Shown piece by piece: positions 1-12,330 of a stretch of DNA of 64,000 nucleotides (position 1 is the stretch's first letter; every line of letters begins with the position of its first letter). Source of the stretch: an uncultured Chloroflexia bacterium. GTDB lineage: Bacteria > Chloroflexota > Limnocylindria > Limnocylindrales > CSP1-4. A program made the translations under genes and the position numbers. The notes beneath the pieces were generated by a model. That model was given only the letters and a program-made list of their open reading frames with translations, searched no databases and was not told where the DNA came from. The stretch lies in contig CAVYBU010000021.1 in NCBI GenBank assembly GCA_963766735.1, positions 1 to 64,000 on the forward strand, read 5' to 3'.

Positions 1-36
1 GCGATACCGATCCGTGTCGCGAACGTCGCCAGCCAT
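1..36 (-). CDS. 5' end of a gene running off the window (MAGDVRDTDRYR...), product unknown
   Basis: Minus-strand GAGGAGG RBS just upstream of an ATG at 36; divergent from the flavin reductase. Confidence 0.5.
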   Translation of the reverse strand, partial: MAGDVRDTDRYR

Positions 37-71
37 GAGCCTCCTCGGATGTGGTTGACGAAGTATGCCGC

Positions 72-152
72 CCGGCGTCGGGCCGGCGTCGACCCGGGGC
101 GGGCGTCGGGCGGGCGTCGACCCGGGGCGGGCGTCGACCCGGGGCGGGCGGG
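72..152. repeat. Short GC-rich imperfect tandem repeat (GGCGTCGACCCGGGGCG-type units)
   Basis: Three near-identical units plus partial copies in the intergenic region. Confidence 0.7.
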
Positions 153-167
153 CCGTATGCTGGCGCC

Positions 168-704
168 GTGAACGTCAGCACGATCGACTTCCGGACCGTC
201 ATCGGCCAGTTCGCCACCGGCGTGACGGTGGTGACCGCGATGGACGGCGACCGCCCCGAGGGCATCACGGTCAACGCTCTCGCATCCGTGAGCCTCGATC
301 CGCCGGTCCTGATGATCGCGCTGGACCGGCGGCGGTTCATCCTGCCGGCCATCGACGACTCGGGCCGGTTCGCCGTCAACATCCTGGCGGAGGACCAGCA
401 GTGGCTCTCCGACTGCTTCGCCGGCGCCAGCGTGACCCCCGGGCGGGATGCCTTCTGCGGAGCCTCGTGGCGGCCGGGCGACACCGGCCTGCCGATCCTG
501 GCCGGGGCGATTGCTGCCATGGAGTGCGAGGTCCTCGACCGGTTCACGGTTGGCGACCATCACCTCTACGTGGGCGCGGTGCAGGCGATCGCTCTCGAGG
601 AACCGGATGCCCCGCCGCTCCTCTACCACCGGCGCCGATACCTGCGGATCGAGCGGGCGACGACGACCCAGGTCGCCGGCAAGCCCGAGTCCGAGGCGGG
701 CTGA
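168..704 (+). CDS. Flavin reductase family protein (HpaC/DIM6-like)
   Basis: FRTVIGQFATGVTVVT, SVSLDPP and GDH motifs; GTG start 6 nt after a TATGCT -10 box. Confidence 0.9.
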   Translation: MNVSTIDFRTVIGQFATGVTVVTAMDGDRPEGITVNALASVSLDPPVLMIALDRRRFILPAIDDSGRFAVNILAEDQQWLSDCFAGASVTPGRDAFCGASWRPGDTGLPILAGAIAAMECEVLDRFTVGDHHLYVGAVQAIALEEPDAPPLLYHRRRYLRIERATTTQVAGKPESEAG

Positions 705-718
705 GGGCGTACGGACCG

Positions 719-1546
719 GTGCCGCACATCGCTGCCAACGGGCTCGACATCGGCTACGAGGTGGCCGGCTCCGGGCCGCCGCTCGTCATGCTCCACGGTG
801 CCACCTCGTCCGGGCCCGACGACTTCGCCCACCAGCTCCCGCTCTACGGGCAGGAGTTCCGGTGCTACCTGCCTGATGCACGAGGGCACGCGACCACCCG
901 CTGGGACGCCGCCGACGGCTTCCGGTACGACTGGCTGGTGGAGGACCTGGCGGCCTTCGCCGACGCGCTCCACCTGGACACCTTCCACCTGCTCGGGTTC
1001 TCGATGGGCGCCGCGACGGCGCTGGGGTTTGCGGCCCGGTACCCGGAGCGCCTGCGGACGCTGGTGCTGGTGGGGATCTCACCCCAGCGGGAACCGCGGG
1101 CATCGGTGGCGCGCCGGCTGTTCGATCCCGAGCGGATCCTCCGCCACGACCCTGCCTGGGCGGCCGCCCTGTCCCGCCGCCATGACCCCGTCCAGGGCGA
1201 GGGCGCCTGGCAGCGGCTGCTCCCGGCGGTTGCGCGCGACGTTGGTGCCAACGAGCCGCATGGTCCGGCGGAGCTGCGGCGGATCGATGCTCCGACGCTC
1301 GTGGTGGCAGGGGACCGGGACCCGTTCGTGCCGGTCGACCACGCGTGGGGTCTGCGCCGCCAGCTGCCGGACGCGCGGCTGTTCATCGCGCCGGAGTGCG
1401 GCCACGAGGTCATGCTCTGCAAGCCGGCGCTGTTCAACGAGGCACTGGCCGGCTTCTACCGGTCAACGGCGGCGGTGGCGACGCGCCGAGCGCAGGCTGG
1501 GAGCGAGTCGCCAGCCCGGTCCCGGACCAGTGAGGACTCGAGATGA
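719..1546 (+). CDS. Alpha/beta fold hydrolase
   Basis: HG oxyanion motif, DARGHA, GFSMG nucleophile elbow, GDRD and CGH; true start is probably GTG 719. Confidence 0.9.
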   Translation: MPHIAANGLDIGYEVAGSGPPLVMLHGATSSGPDDFAHQLPLYGQEFRCYLPDARGHATTRWDAADGFRYDWLVEDLAAFADALHLDTFHLLGFSMGAATALGFAARYPERLRTLVLVGISPQREPRASVARRLFDPERILRHDPAWAAALSRRHDPVQGEGAWQRLLPAVARDVGANEPHGPAELRRIDAPTLVVAGDRDPFVPVDHAWGLRRQLPDARLFIAPECGHEVMLCKPALFNEALAGFYRSTAAVATRRAQAGSESPARSRTSEDSR

Positions 1547-2376
1547 CGGAGGACGGCATGGCGGTGGATGACGAGGGGATCGGCGAGCGGACGCTCGTCC
1601 GCGTGGACTTCCCGGCGGGCGACCCTTCCGTCGAGGGCGTGGCGCTGGTCACCCTGGACCAGCCCGAGGCGCTCAATGCCCTCTCGTTCGCGCTCCTCGC
1701 CCAGCTGGACGACGTGCTGGCGGTCCTCGACGACGACGAGACCTGCCGCGCCATCGTCATCACCGGGGCCGGGGACCGCGCGTTCGCCGCGGGCGCGGAC
1801 ATCCGCGAGCTGGCAGCCGAGACCGCGGGCTCCATCGGGGACGGCGACCGGCTCGCCGCGATCGACCGGGTGGGTCGCCTGCGGACGCCGGTCATCGCGG
1901 CGGTCCGAGGTTTCTGCCTCGGCGGCGGCGCCGAGCTGGCGATGGCCTGCGACATGCTGGTCGCCGGCGACAACGCGCAGTTCGGACAACCGGAGATCCG
2001 GATCGGCATAATCCCGGGCGCCGGTGGCACGCAGCGCCTGGCGCGGGCGATCGGGCGGGCGCGGGCGATGGAGCTGATCCTCACGGGGCGCCGGATCAGC
2101 GCCGCGGAGGCGGACCGGCTGGGCCTGGTGACGACGGTGGTGCCGGCCGCGGAGACCGTGAGCCGCGCCCTGGAGCTGGCAGGGAGGATCGCGGCCCTCC
2201 CGCGGGCGGCGGTCGAAGCTGCGAAGGCCGCCGTCAACGCGGCCCAGTCGCTGCCCCTGGACAAGGGCCTCCGCTACGAGCGGGATCGCTTCGAAGAGCT
2301 CTTCGCCACGGACGACCGGAGCGAGGGAATGATCGCGTTCCTGGAGAAGCGGCCGCCGTCCTGGCGCCACCGCTGA
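1543..2376 (+). CDS. Enoyl-CoA hydratase/isomerase (PaaF-like)
   Basis: [19 protein letters not shown] and [20 protein letters not shown] crotonase motifs. Confidence 0.93.
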   Translation: MTEDGMAVDDEGIGERTLVRVDFPAGDPSVEGVALVTLDQPEALNALSFALLAQLDDVLAVLDDDETCRAIVITGAGDRAFAAGADIRELAAETAGSIGDGDRLAAIDRVGRLRTPVIAAVRGFCLGGGAELAMACDMLVAGDNAQFGQPEIRIGIIPGAGGTQRLARAIGRARAMELILTGRRISAAEADRLGLVTTVVPAAETVSRALELAGRIAALPRAAVEAAKAAVNAAQSLPLDKGLRYERDRFEELFATDDRSEGMIAFLEKRPPSWRHR

Positions 2377-2525
2377 CGGGATCCGGGCGCCCGCGGCGGC
2401 CCCCGCCCGCGGCCGCTTGCCGGTGCCCCGCCCTGCCAGCGGCTGCCCCGCCCTGCCCGCGGCTGCCCCGCCCCGCCCGCCCGAGGTGGCCCCGCCCGCC
2501 GGTACGCGGCCCGTACAATCCCTGC

Positions 2526-3755
<1,230 letters not shown>

Positions 3756-3905
3756 TCGCCGTCGGGTCCGAAGAGCGACGTTCCAGTCTGATCGCCGGGG
3801 TTTCGGCGGGGGTGCTGGACGAAATCCATTGACCTGCGTACGATCCGCGGTGTCCGCGCCCCCGGATGGCTCGTGACCAGCGCCCCTCCGAAGGAGACAC
3901 GACCC

Positions 3906-4322
3906 ATGATCGACGCCCAGCCGACGATCGACGCCCAGCCCATGGTCGACGCCCAGCCGACGATCGTCTCGCTCACCGAGGCGGCCGCGGTCAAGCTGGC
4001 CGAGCTGACGAAGGACGAGACGAGCCCCGAGATCGGCCTGCGCGTGTATGTCTACTCGGGCGGCTGCTCCGGCTACCGGTACGGGATGATGCTCGAGGAC
4101 CAGCCGACAGCTGACGACAAGGTCCTTTCCACCAGCGGCGTCCGCGTCTACATCGATGCCAACAGCGTGCCGCTGATCACGGGCAGCCAGATCGACTACG
4201 TGGACACGCTGATGGGCGCGGGGTTCACCGTGAACAACCCGAACGCGGTGTCCGGGTGCGGCTGCGGCTCCAGCTTCCGCACGTCGGACGACGCGGGCCA
4301 GGCCCGGAGCTGCTCGCACTAG
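3906..4322 (+). CDS. A-type Fe-S cluster carrier (HesB/IscA/ErpA family)
   Basis: GGCSG and CGCGSSF motifs; AAGGAG RBS; N-terminal triple (I/V)DAQP(T/M) repeat. Confidence 0.92.
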   Translation: MIDAQPTIDAQPMVDAQPTIVSLTEAAAVKLAELTKDETSPEIGLRVYVYSGGCSGYRYGMMLEDQPTADDKVLSTSGVRVYIDANSVPLITGSQIDYVDTLMGAGFTVNNPNAVSGCGCGSSFRTSDDAGQARSCSH

Positions 4323-4387
4323 CCACCTCCGCCGCGGGTCGCACCAACCGCGGCGACCGATAGCCACCTCCGCCGCGGGTCGCACCA
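4320..4387. repeat. 27-bp direct repeat, two copies, starting at the iscA-like stop codon
   Basis: TAGCCACCTCCGCCGCGGGTCGCACCA at 4320-4346 and 4361-4387. Confidence 0.9.
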
Positions 4388-4408
4388 TCCGCTGGTTGCA
4401 GATCCGCC

Positions 4409-4575
4409 GGAAATCCCCAGATTCCAACCTGCAGGGCATTCGCCGGACCTTCGGCGCTAGACCGAGCTGGTCCTGAGCGTGGATCGGGCCTCGCTGCCCG
4501 TCATCTGCAGCGTGGGAGCGGCAGATGACGACGCGAAGGGCGCGAATGCCAACCAGGACGGCATCTGGGGTTCTG
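4409..4575. other. Long imperfect inverted-repeat element (candidate sRNA or REP/MITE-like element)
   Basis: Nested pairs CCCCAGAT/ATCTGGGG, GGCATTCGC/GCGAATGCC, CCTTCG/CGAAGG and GTCATCTGC/GCAGATGAC. Confidence 0.5.
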
Positions 4576-4681
4576 CGGGGGCCACGGCGGCTCCTCGGCG
4601 AAACGGGGCGTGAGGGTCGCGCGGCAGCTCCTCGGCGGGTCCGTGCTCCCCGGCCGGCCCGACACACGGCAGAATGGCGCC

Positions 4682-5806
4682 ATGAGGATTCGTGAGTTCG
4701 GGGTCGAGACGTGGATGAACCGGTGGGAGACCCGGTGCCGGTACAACCTGGCCGAGACCTGCGTTGAGTCCCTCACCGTGGACCAGGTCCTGGGGCTGGC
4801 CGGCATCGACGGGTCGGCCTTCCTGGACGAGCTACGCGGGCTCAAGCTCACCTACGGCGCCATCGAGGGGTCCGATCGGTTGCGGGACGCGATCGCGGCG
4901 CTGTACGAGACCGTCCGCCGCGAGGATGTCCTGGTCGCCCACGGTGCGATCGGGGCCAACCACCTCGTGTACCAGGCGCTGGTGGAACCCGGCGATCGGG
5001 TGATCTCCGTCGTGCCCACCTACCAGCAGCACACGTCCATCCCGGAGAGCCTGGGGGCCGAGGTCGTCACCCTCCCTCTGCGCGAGGCGGACGCCTGGCG
5101 CCTGGACCTCGCCGAGCTGCGCCGGCTGGCGGCCGGAGGCGCCAGGCTCATCGCACTCGCCAACCCCAACAACCCGACAGGCGCCCTCCTCGACGAGACC
5201 GACCTGCGCGAGATCGCCTCGATCGCGGACGCGTGCGGCGCGTGGGTCCTGTGCGACGAGGTGTACCGCGGCATCGACCAGGCGGGGAACGGCACCACCT
5301 CGTCCATCGTGGACCTGTATCCCCGCGGCATCACCGTGGGCAGCATGTCGAAGGCGTTCTCGCTGGCGGGGCTCCGTCTCGGCTGGATCGCGGCCCCGCC
5401 CGAGGTGATCCGGGCCGTGACCGTCCACCGCGACTACAACACGATCAGCGTGGGCATGGTGGACGACCTGCTGGCGGCCATCGCGCTGGAGCACAGTGAC
5501 GCGATCCTGGCCCGGAGCCGGTCCATCGTGCGGGGAAACCTGACGGCGCTCGACGCGTGGGTAGCGGAGGAGCCGTCCATCTCGTTCGTGCGGCCGCACG
5601 GGGGCACGACGGCCCTGCTCCGCCATGCGTTCGAGCTGACGTCCGAGGCGCTGTGCGTCCGGCTCCTGGAGGGGCCCGGCGTCATGTTCACCCCGGGCAG
5701 CGCGCTGGACATCGAGGGATACCTGCGGATCGGGTACGCGAACAACCCGCAGGTCCTGGCGGACGGACTGGCGGAGACGTCCTCATTCCTCGCGACCCTG
5801 GACTGA
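4682..5806 (+). CDS. PLP-dependent aminotransferase, class I/II
   Basis: NPNNPTG, CDEVY and SMSKAFSLAGLRLGW. Confidence 0.92.
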   Translation: MRIREFGVETWMNRWETRCRYNLAETCVESLTVDQVLGLAGIDGSAFLDELRGLKLTYGAIEGSDRLRDAIAALYETVRREDVLVAHGAIGANHLVYQALVEPGDRVISVVPTYQQHTSIPESLGAEVVTLPLREADAWRLDLAELRRLAAGGARLIALANPNNPTGALLDETDLREIASIADACGAWVLCDEVYRGIDQAGNGTTSSIVDLYPRGITVGSMSKAFSLAGLRLGWIAAPPEVIRAVTVHRDYNTISVGMVDDLLAAIALEHSDAILARSRSIVRGNLTALDAWVAEEPSISFVRPHGGTTALLRHAFELTSEALCVRLLEGPGVMFTPGSALDIEGYLRIGYANNPQVLADGLAETSSFLATLD

Positions 5807-5814
5807 GGCAGACG

Positions 5815-6507
5815 GTGATCGTCGCACTGCGACGCGTCCGGGCGTCGCTCCTGTCCTCGATCGGGGACGTCGCTTTCGGGATGGAGGACGGGGCCGTATC
5901 GGTCGCGGGCCTCGTCTTCGGGGTGGCCGCGAGCACCAACGATGCGCAGATCGTCCTCCTTGCCGGCGCGACCGGCGCGATAGCCGGGGCGGTGTCGATG
6001 ATGGCCGGCACCTATCTCGACGTTCATTCGGAGCTGAGCCGGTCAGCCGCCCTCGTCGCGCAGGCGCGGCGCGCGATCGCTGCGGATCCGGGCGCGGCGC
6101 GCGATCGCGTCGCCGGGCAGCTGCTGGCCGCCGGCTTCACCGAAATCGAGGCGCGGGCCGTGACGGCGGCCTTCACGCGGAACCCCGACGCGCTGCTCGA
6201 TTACGTGGCGGCGTTCGAGCTTGGGGTGCCCCGCAGCGCCGGCGCGTCACCGTGGACCCACGCGATCTGGATGTTCATCGCCGACCTGTTTGCGGCGAGC
6301 ATCCCGGTCATCCCCTTCGCGCTGTTCGACATCGAGACGGCGCGCGTCGTCTCGCTCATCGTGACGGGCGCGCTCATGGCGGTGCTCGGCATCGCGCGGG
6401 GCCGGGTCGGCCACGAGCCGGTGTGGCGGACGGCGCTGCAGACGATGGCGATTGCCGGAGCCGCGGCACTTGCCGGCGTCCTCATCGGGCGGCTCGTCAC
6501 GATGTAG
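5815..6507 (+). CDS. VIT1/CCC1 family transporter
   Basis: DVAFGMEDGAVS and AGAVSMMAGTYL motifs; about five TM segments. Confidence 0.85.
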   Translation: MIVALRRVRASLLSSIGDVAFGMEDGAVSVAGLVFGVAASTNDAQIVLLAGATGAIAGAVSMMAGTYLDVHSELSRSAALVAQARRAIAADPGAARDRVAGQLLAAGFTEIEARAVTAAFTRNPDALLDYVAAFELGVPRSAGASPWTHAIWMFIADLFAASIPVIPFALFDIETARVVSLIVTGALMAVLGIARGRVGHEPVWRTALQTMAIAGAAALAGVLIGRLVTM

Positions 6508-6629
6508 GGGATCGCGCCCGCGGCACCGTGGAGACCGCGACGCAGGGAGGCGCCGGGTAGCGCCGCCAGGTCGCGCCCGCGGCATCGCGGTGATCGCGCC
6601 GCCCGTTCAGCCAGCGAACGCCACCCGGT

Positions 6630-9600
6630 TCAGGCGGCCGCGTCCGAGGCGGCGGCCTCCTTCCGCATGCTCGCGCCCGCGGTCACCGAGAGCGTGACCA
6701 GCAGCGCCGCCACCAGCCACGCGACCAGCACCGCGGCGTTGAGCGCCGTGGCGGATGCGCCGCCCGTGATCGCTCCCCGGAAGGCATCGATCGCGTACGT
6801 GAGCGGCACCAAGGGGTGGAGGACGGCGAGCGGCCCCGGCATGGTGGCCGCGGTCAGCGACACGCCTGACGCCGCGACCTGCACCACCAGGAACAGGAGC
6901 GCCGCGAGCCAGCCGCGGCTGCCGAACAGGGCGACCAGAGCCTGGACGATCGCCGTGAACGAGAGGGCCGCGAGAGCCGCGAAACCGATCAGCTCCGGCA
7001 TCCGGGCCACCTCGATCCCGACGAGGAACCGGAGCCCGGCGACCATCACCAGCGTCCCCACCACCGCCACGGCTGCGGCACCGGCGTAGGCCACCAGGAC
7101 CGAGAGCCACCAGCGTGGGTCATCGCTCCGCCAGAGCCCGGGCAGGACGAGGAAGGCGCCGAGCGCCCCCAGCCAGATCGCGATCGCCATGAGGAAGGGC
7201 GCCAGCCCCCCCGCGGCCCCACCGACCGCGTTCGCACGGCTCGCCTCCACGGCCACAGGGTCCGCGGCCAGGTTGCCGATCCGCGTCCGCGTCTCGGATC
7301 CGTAGCTGGCGGTTCCGTCGGCCGACTCCTGCAGCCCGTTCGCAAGCGCGTCCGCCTGATCGGTCAGGGTCGTCCCGTCTTCCGCCAGCCCGTCCGTGAG
7401 TGCCTCCACGAGCGCGGCCCCACCCACGACCTGGCGCATCGCACCGGTCAGCTGGTCGATGCCGTCCGCGGCCTGCGACGTCCCGCCGGCCAGGGCCGCG
7501 GCGCCGTCGGCCGTCAGCCGTGCGCCCGAGGCCAGCGCGTCGGCCGCCGTCGCAAGCTGGTCCATCCCGGACGCCAGGCTCAAGGCACCATCGGCGACCC
7601 CTGTGCCGGCGTCCGAGAGCTGGGCGATCCCGTCTGCCAGCTCAGGCATGCCGGCGGCCAACAGGTGCGTGCCGTCCGCCAGCTGGTCCGCGCCGATGCT
7701 GAGGCTGCTCGCGCCGGTCGCGAGGTCCATCGCACCCGCGGAGGACTGGGCAACCCCGGCCTCCAGGGCCGGCGCCGAGGCCGCGAGCTGGCCGGTTCCG
7801 GCGGCCAGCGCCGTCGCACCCGCCTGGACATCCGCGGCACCCGTGGCGAGCCCACCCGTTGCGCCTGCCAGCTGGCCGGCACCAGCGGCCACGTCGCCTG
7901 CTGCAGCAGAGAGCTGCCCGCCGCCGGCCGCGAGGGTCGCAAGCTCCGTGCACAGCGGATCCGCGCCTCCGAGCGCCACGCAGTTGCCCGCGAGCGCAGC
8001 CACGCCCTCCGTGTATGCCGTCACCGAGACCGCGAGCTGGTTCGCGCCCGCGGCGAGGTCTCCCGCCGCCGTCGCCGTCTGGGCCGCTCCGGTCGAGAGC
8101 GAGCCCGCGCCGGACGCGAGGTCGATGGCGCCCGAATCGAGCGCCTGGGCCTGCGCGCCGAACCCGGTGGTCCCTGCCGCAATCGTCGCCAGGCCATCCG
8201 ACAGCGACGAGGCTCCCGATGCGACCCCCGCGGCGCCGCTCGCAACCCCGTCTGCCCCCGAGGCGAGCGCATCGGCCTGCGCCGGCAGGTCCTTCGTCGA
8301 GCCCTCGAGCGCCGTGAGACCCGAGGCCAGCAGGGCGGCCCCATCGGCCAGGGTGTCGGCCCCGTCCGCGGCGTCACCCATCCCGACGGCCAGCGCCTTG
8401 GCCCCGACGGCCGCCTTCGAGGATCCCGACGCGAGCGCGCGTGTGCCGCTGACCAGCTCGTTGGCCCCGCCCATTGCCGCGTCCGCGCCGTCGGCAAGCT
8501 CCTGGAGTCCCACAACCAGCTCGCCGGCCACAGTGCTCGTGCCCGCGGCATTGTCGGCAAGTCCCGACGTGGTCGTGGCGACGGAGCCCGCCTCCTCCGC
8601 GGCCGAGGCAAGCGCCCCGTGTGCGGATGTCACCGCGAGCAGCGTGTCGTCGACGTAGGACGCGGTGATGCCCTGGGCCGTGGACGTGGCGATCGCCGCC
8701 GTCAGGGCCCGGGCGACCGTCCCCAGCGCGTAGCCCGAGGCGTCGTCCGTGACCAGCCGGAGCGTGGCGCGCGGCGCCCGGCCCGTGGCGTCTGCCCGCA
8801 GCGCGGCGACCGTGCGCGAGAAGTCGGACGGGATCGTGAGGATCGCTGCGTATCGCCCGTCCGCGAGTCCTGCCGCGGCGTCCGCCTCGTCCGCAGCGGC
8901 CCAGCTGAAGCCGGCCCTCGCTCTCGGCTGTGGTCAGCGCGGCCGCGAGGTCGGCGCCCAGCGACAGGTCGACGGCCGTGCCGTCGGCTGTCGTCACCGT
9001 CCCACCCTCGTCCAGGTCTACGACGGCCGCCCGCACGGATCCTACGTTGTCGTCCGCGCTGCCCAGCGACCACGTGAGCAGGCCGGCAAACGCCAGCGGC
9101 ACGAGGATGACGAGGGCAAGTGCGATCGCGAACCGGCCCCGCCTTGTCCGCGGGGCGCCCCCGGCATCGGCCGAGGCAGCCGCCATCGCAACACCGGCCG
9201 TGGCGACCCCGTCCGCGCCGAGCGGCCCCGGGACCAGCGGCCCCGGGACCAGCGGCCCGCGGCCCCACATCCCCGCGAGCGCCGAACCCGAGGGCCACCA
9301 GGCCCGGTTTCCGAAGAGCGTGGTGATGGCGGGCACGAGGATCGAGCGCACGAGGAACGTGTCGATCAGCACCCCAACGGCCACCGCGACCCCCACCTGG
9401 AAGAGCACCATCAGCGGCGCCGTGGCCATGGACCCGAAGGTCCCGGCCAGGATCAGTCCCGCCGACGTGATGACGGCACCGGTGTGACCGGACGCGATGC
9501 GGATCCCGTCCTTGATCGGGCGGTTCTCGCTCTCCTCGCGGACCCGGCTCATCAGGAAGATGTTGTAGTCCGAGCCCAGGGCCACCAGCAGGACGAACAC

Positions 9601-12168
9601 CATCAGCGGCAGGTAGAAGGACACTCCGGGCTGGCCCAGGACCTCCTGGAAGAACCAGGCCGACAGGCCGACAGCAGACCCGTACGAGATCAGCACCGTC
9701 CCCACGAGGTACAGCGGCGCGACGACCGCGCGCAGCAGCACGATCAGGACCATCAGGATCCCCAGGACCGTGATCAGGGCGACGCGCTGGAAGTCCTGGC
9801 CGAGGACGGTCTCGACATCGGCGAACTGGGCCGTGGGACCGCCGAGGTGGCCGGACGCACCGGGCCCGAACGTGGCGGACTTCGTGGCGATGACGTCCTG
9901 GGCGGCCCGGACGATGGCGAATGCCCCGCCGGAGTAGGGATCGTTGGAGTTCGTGACGTAGAAGCGTGATGCGGTGCGATCCTTCGAGACGAAGGCATCG
10001 ATTGCGTCCTGGATCTTCTCCCCGTCCTCGCCCGTGAAGGTCGTGGGGATGTAGATGTCGTCCGGGCGGGTTGCGAAGACCGCGCCGAGCGCCGTGAACT
10101 GGTCAGGGATCGCGCCGAAGACCGCCTCGGCCTCTCGCTTCAGCTCCAGCGCGCCGGCGGTGTTGGCCAGGCTCTGCGGTGAGAGGGTCGCGTCGGGCCG
10201 GCCGTCGAAGTGGACGGCCAGGTCCTCGAACGCGGCGGCAAGGTCGAGGGCGGCCGTGATGGTGGCCTCCTTCTCGAGGCTCGCGGCTGCCTTTGTCGCG
10301 TCCTTGTAGGCCGGGAGCGGCCGGACTTCGGGATAGGCCGCGGCGAGCTCGTCGAGATAGTCGCCCATCAGAGTCGACGGTTCGTCCGAGCCGGCATCGG
10401 AGCCGGCCGCCGCCGTGGGCGACGTGATGGACGACGCAAGCGTCCGCAGCTGGGTCGAGAGGACGCTCTGCTTCTCGACGCGCGTGATGATGTCCTGCGC
10501 GTCCCCGATGCCGCCGGTGACGGCACGCAGCTCGGCGCCCCCGGCCACGTCCGGATAGGCGAGCGCGAGGCCGTTGACGTACGCCAGGGCCGTGTCGAGC
10601 CCGTCGGACACCTGGGGATCAAGGAGGGACGCGGAATCGGTGTCGGTCGTGCCGTCGTCACCGGCCATCTCGTCGCCGATCGTCGCCAGCTGCATGGAGG
10701 GCCGGAAGCCGTCTGGCACGACGCCGTCACCGCCGGGCGTCACGAGGCTCGTCGCGGTGGCGACACCCGGCGTGGCCGTGAGGTTGGACATGAGATCGCG
10801 CAGGTGCGCGAGCGAGGCAGGGCTGAGCATGTCGCCGCCCGGACCCGCGTCGACCAGGCCCGCCGACTGGACGAGCATGTCCTCGCCCAGGTGCCGGGCC
10901 ATTGCGTCATAGCCGGCGCGCGAATCGGAGTCCGCGGGCAGCTCGCTCAGGACGTCGAAGTTCGTCTGCACCTGGGGCAGGTAGGTTGCTGGGACCAGGA
11001 GCGCGATCAGCAGGACGACGGTGACGAGGCCGGGCCGGCGCGACACCGCGGCCGCGAGCCGGGCGAAGAACCCGTCGGGCTCGCCTTCGGGGCGCTGCCG
11101 TGTGTGCAGCGGCCAGAACAGGTAGTGGCCGAAGATCGAGAGGAGCGCGGGGGCCAGGGTCAGGCCCGCGACCAGCGTCACGAAGATCGCCACGGCGATC
11201 GCCGGACCGGTCGAGGAGATCATCTCGAACTCGCCGAAGGCCATCGCGGTCATGCCGACGATGACCGTCGCCGCGCTGGCGGTGATGACGGCGCCGATGC
11301 GCTTGACCGTGACCCGCGCCGCGTCGTGCCAGTCGCCGCCACCCGCAACCTCCTCGCGGTAGCGCGAGATCAGGAAGATCGCGTAGTCGGTGCCGACGCC
11401 GAAGACCATCACGACGAGGAACGTGTCCAGCAGCGAGGACACCTGCCAGCCCGCCGCCGCCAGGAGTCCAAGGGTGCCGCGGGAGACCATGAATGCGCTG
11501 CCGATCGTGACGAGCGGCACCAGGGCCGCCAGGGGCGCGCGGTAGATCAGCAGCAGGATGACGAGCACCAGCAGCACCGTGACCATCGTCGTGCTGTCGG
11601 TACCGGCCTTGACCGCATCGAGGTAGTCGCTGCTGATCGCCGCCGCGCCCGTGACGTGCGTCTCGAGGCCGGCCGGCGTGGTCCTGACGAGGTGATCGCG
11701 CAGCTGGTTCACGACCAGCGCGGCCTCGTCGCCGGCATTCGTCACGTCCAGGTTGACGATCAGGATCTCGAACTGGTCGTCCTCGCTCCGGAGCATGGCC
11801 TCCAGCTCCGGCCGGGTTTCGGCGCTCTCGGTGCTGGTCACGGCGTCGCGGAGCTCGGACGGCGCGTCGCCGCTGATGGTCCACGCGGCGAACTCGGCCA
11901 GGTAGGCGCGGTCCGCGTCGGTCAGGCCGTCGGCCCGGTCGAACGTGATCGAGGCCGAGGAGTTGGCGCTGCTGCCGGGGAACGCGCGCTCGAGGGCGTC
12001 GCGCGCCAGGACCGAGGGTGATCCCGGGGGCAGGAACGACGCCTGGTCCGTGGACCCCGAGCCCGCGAGCGACGGCGCGAAGCGCGCGCACGCGACAGCC
12101 CCGACGATCCAGGCGAGGACGATCAGGAAGCGGAATCGGTAGGTCCAGGAGCCCAGGCGCTCGAACAT
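6630..12168 (-). CDS. MMPL family transporter fused to a YhgE/Pip-like domain (~1845 aa if joined; +1 frameshift at ~8913-8917)
   Basis: Two MMPL repeats (GVGTDYAIF, ALGSDYNIF), then a Pip N-terminus (AAVVDLDEG). The shifted frame continues GRYAAILTIPSDFS, LxxG heptad repeats and a C-terminal TM block (HPLVPLTYAIDAFR). GGGAGG RBS before ATG 12168. Confidence 0.8.
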
Positions 12169-12259
12169 GGGTGGCCTCCCCGGGCGAGCGCGCGCGGCAC
12201 GGCCCCGGCGTATGTGGCGTTCTTGGCAAGTGGTTGCGGGGGGACGCTGCACCGGCTAG

Positions 12260-12309
12260 GATACGAGAGGGCATCGGATACGTCAACGTATCGAATACAC
12301 ATCTGTATC
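12260..12309. promoter_or_regulatory. Three tandem palindromic operator-like sites (GATAC-N6-GTATC), probable TetR sites
   Basis: GATACgagaggGCATC 12260-75, GATACGtcaaCGTATC 12277-92 and AATACAcatcTGTATC 12294-309, 17-bp period, between divergent mmpL and tetR. Confidence 0.75.
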
Positions 12310-12330
12310 GAACCGCACGAGGAGGCGGGC

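Noticed and set aside
2378-2500. GCCCCGCCC-rich tract as a structured or G-quadruplex element
   Set aside because: Low-complexity GC sequence of the kind seen in other intergenic regions here; no specific evidence
4320-4387. Possible mini-CRISPR array
   Set aside because: Only two repeats, a 14-nt spacer and no cas genes in the window
8905-8925. Programmed ribosomal frameshift joining MMPL and Pip
   Set aside because: No recognisable slippery heptamer, and it matches the window-wide +1 error pattern; it cannot be fully excluded without reads
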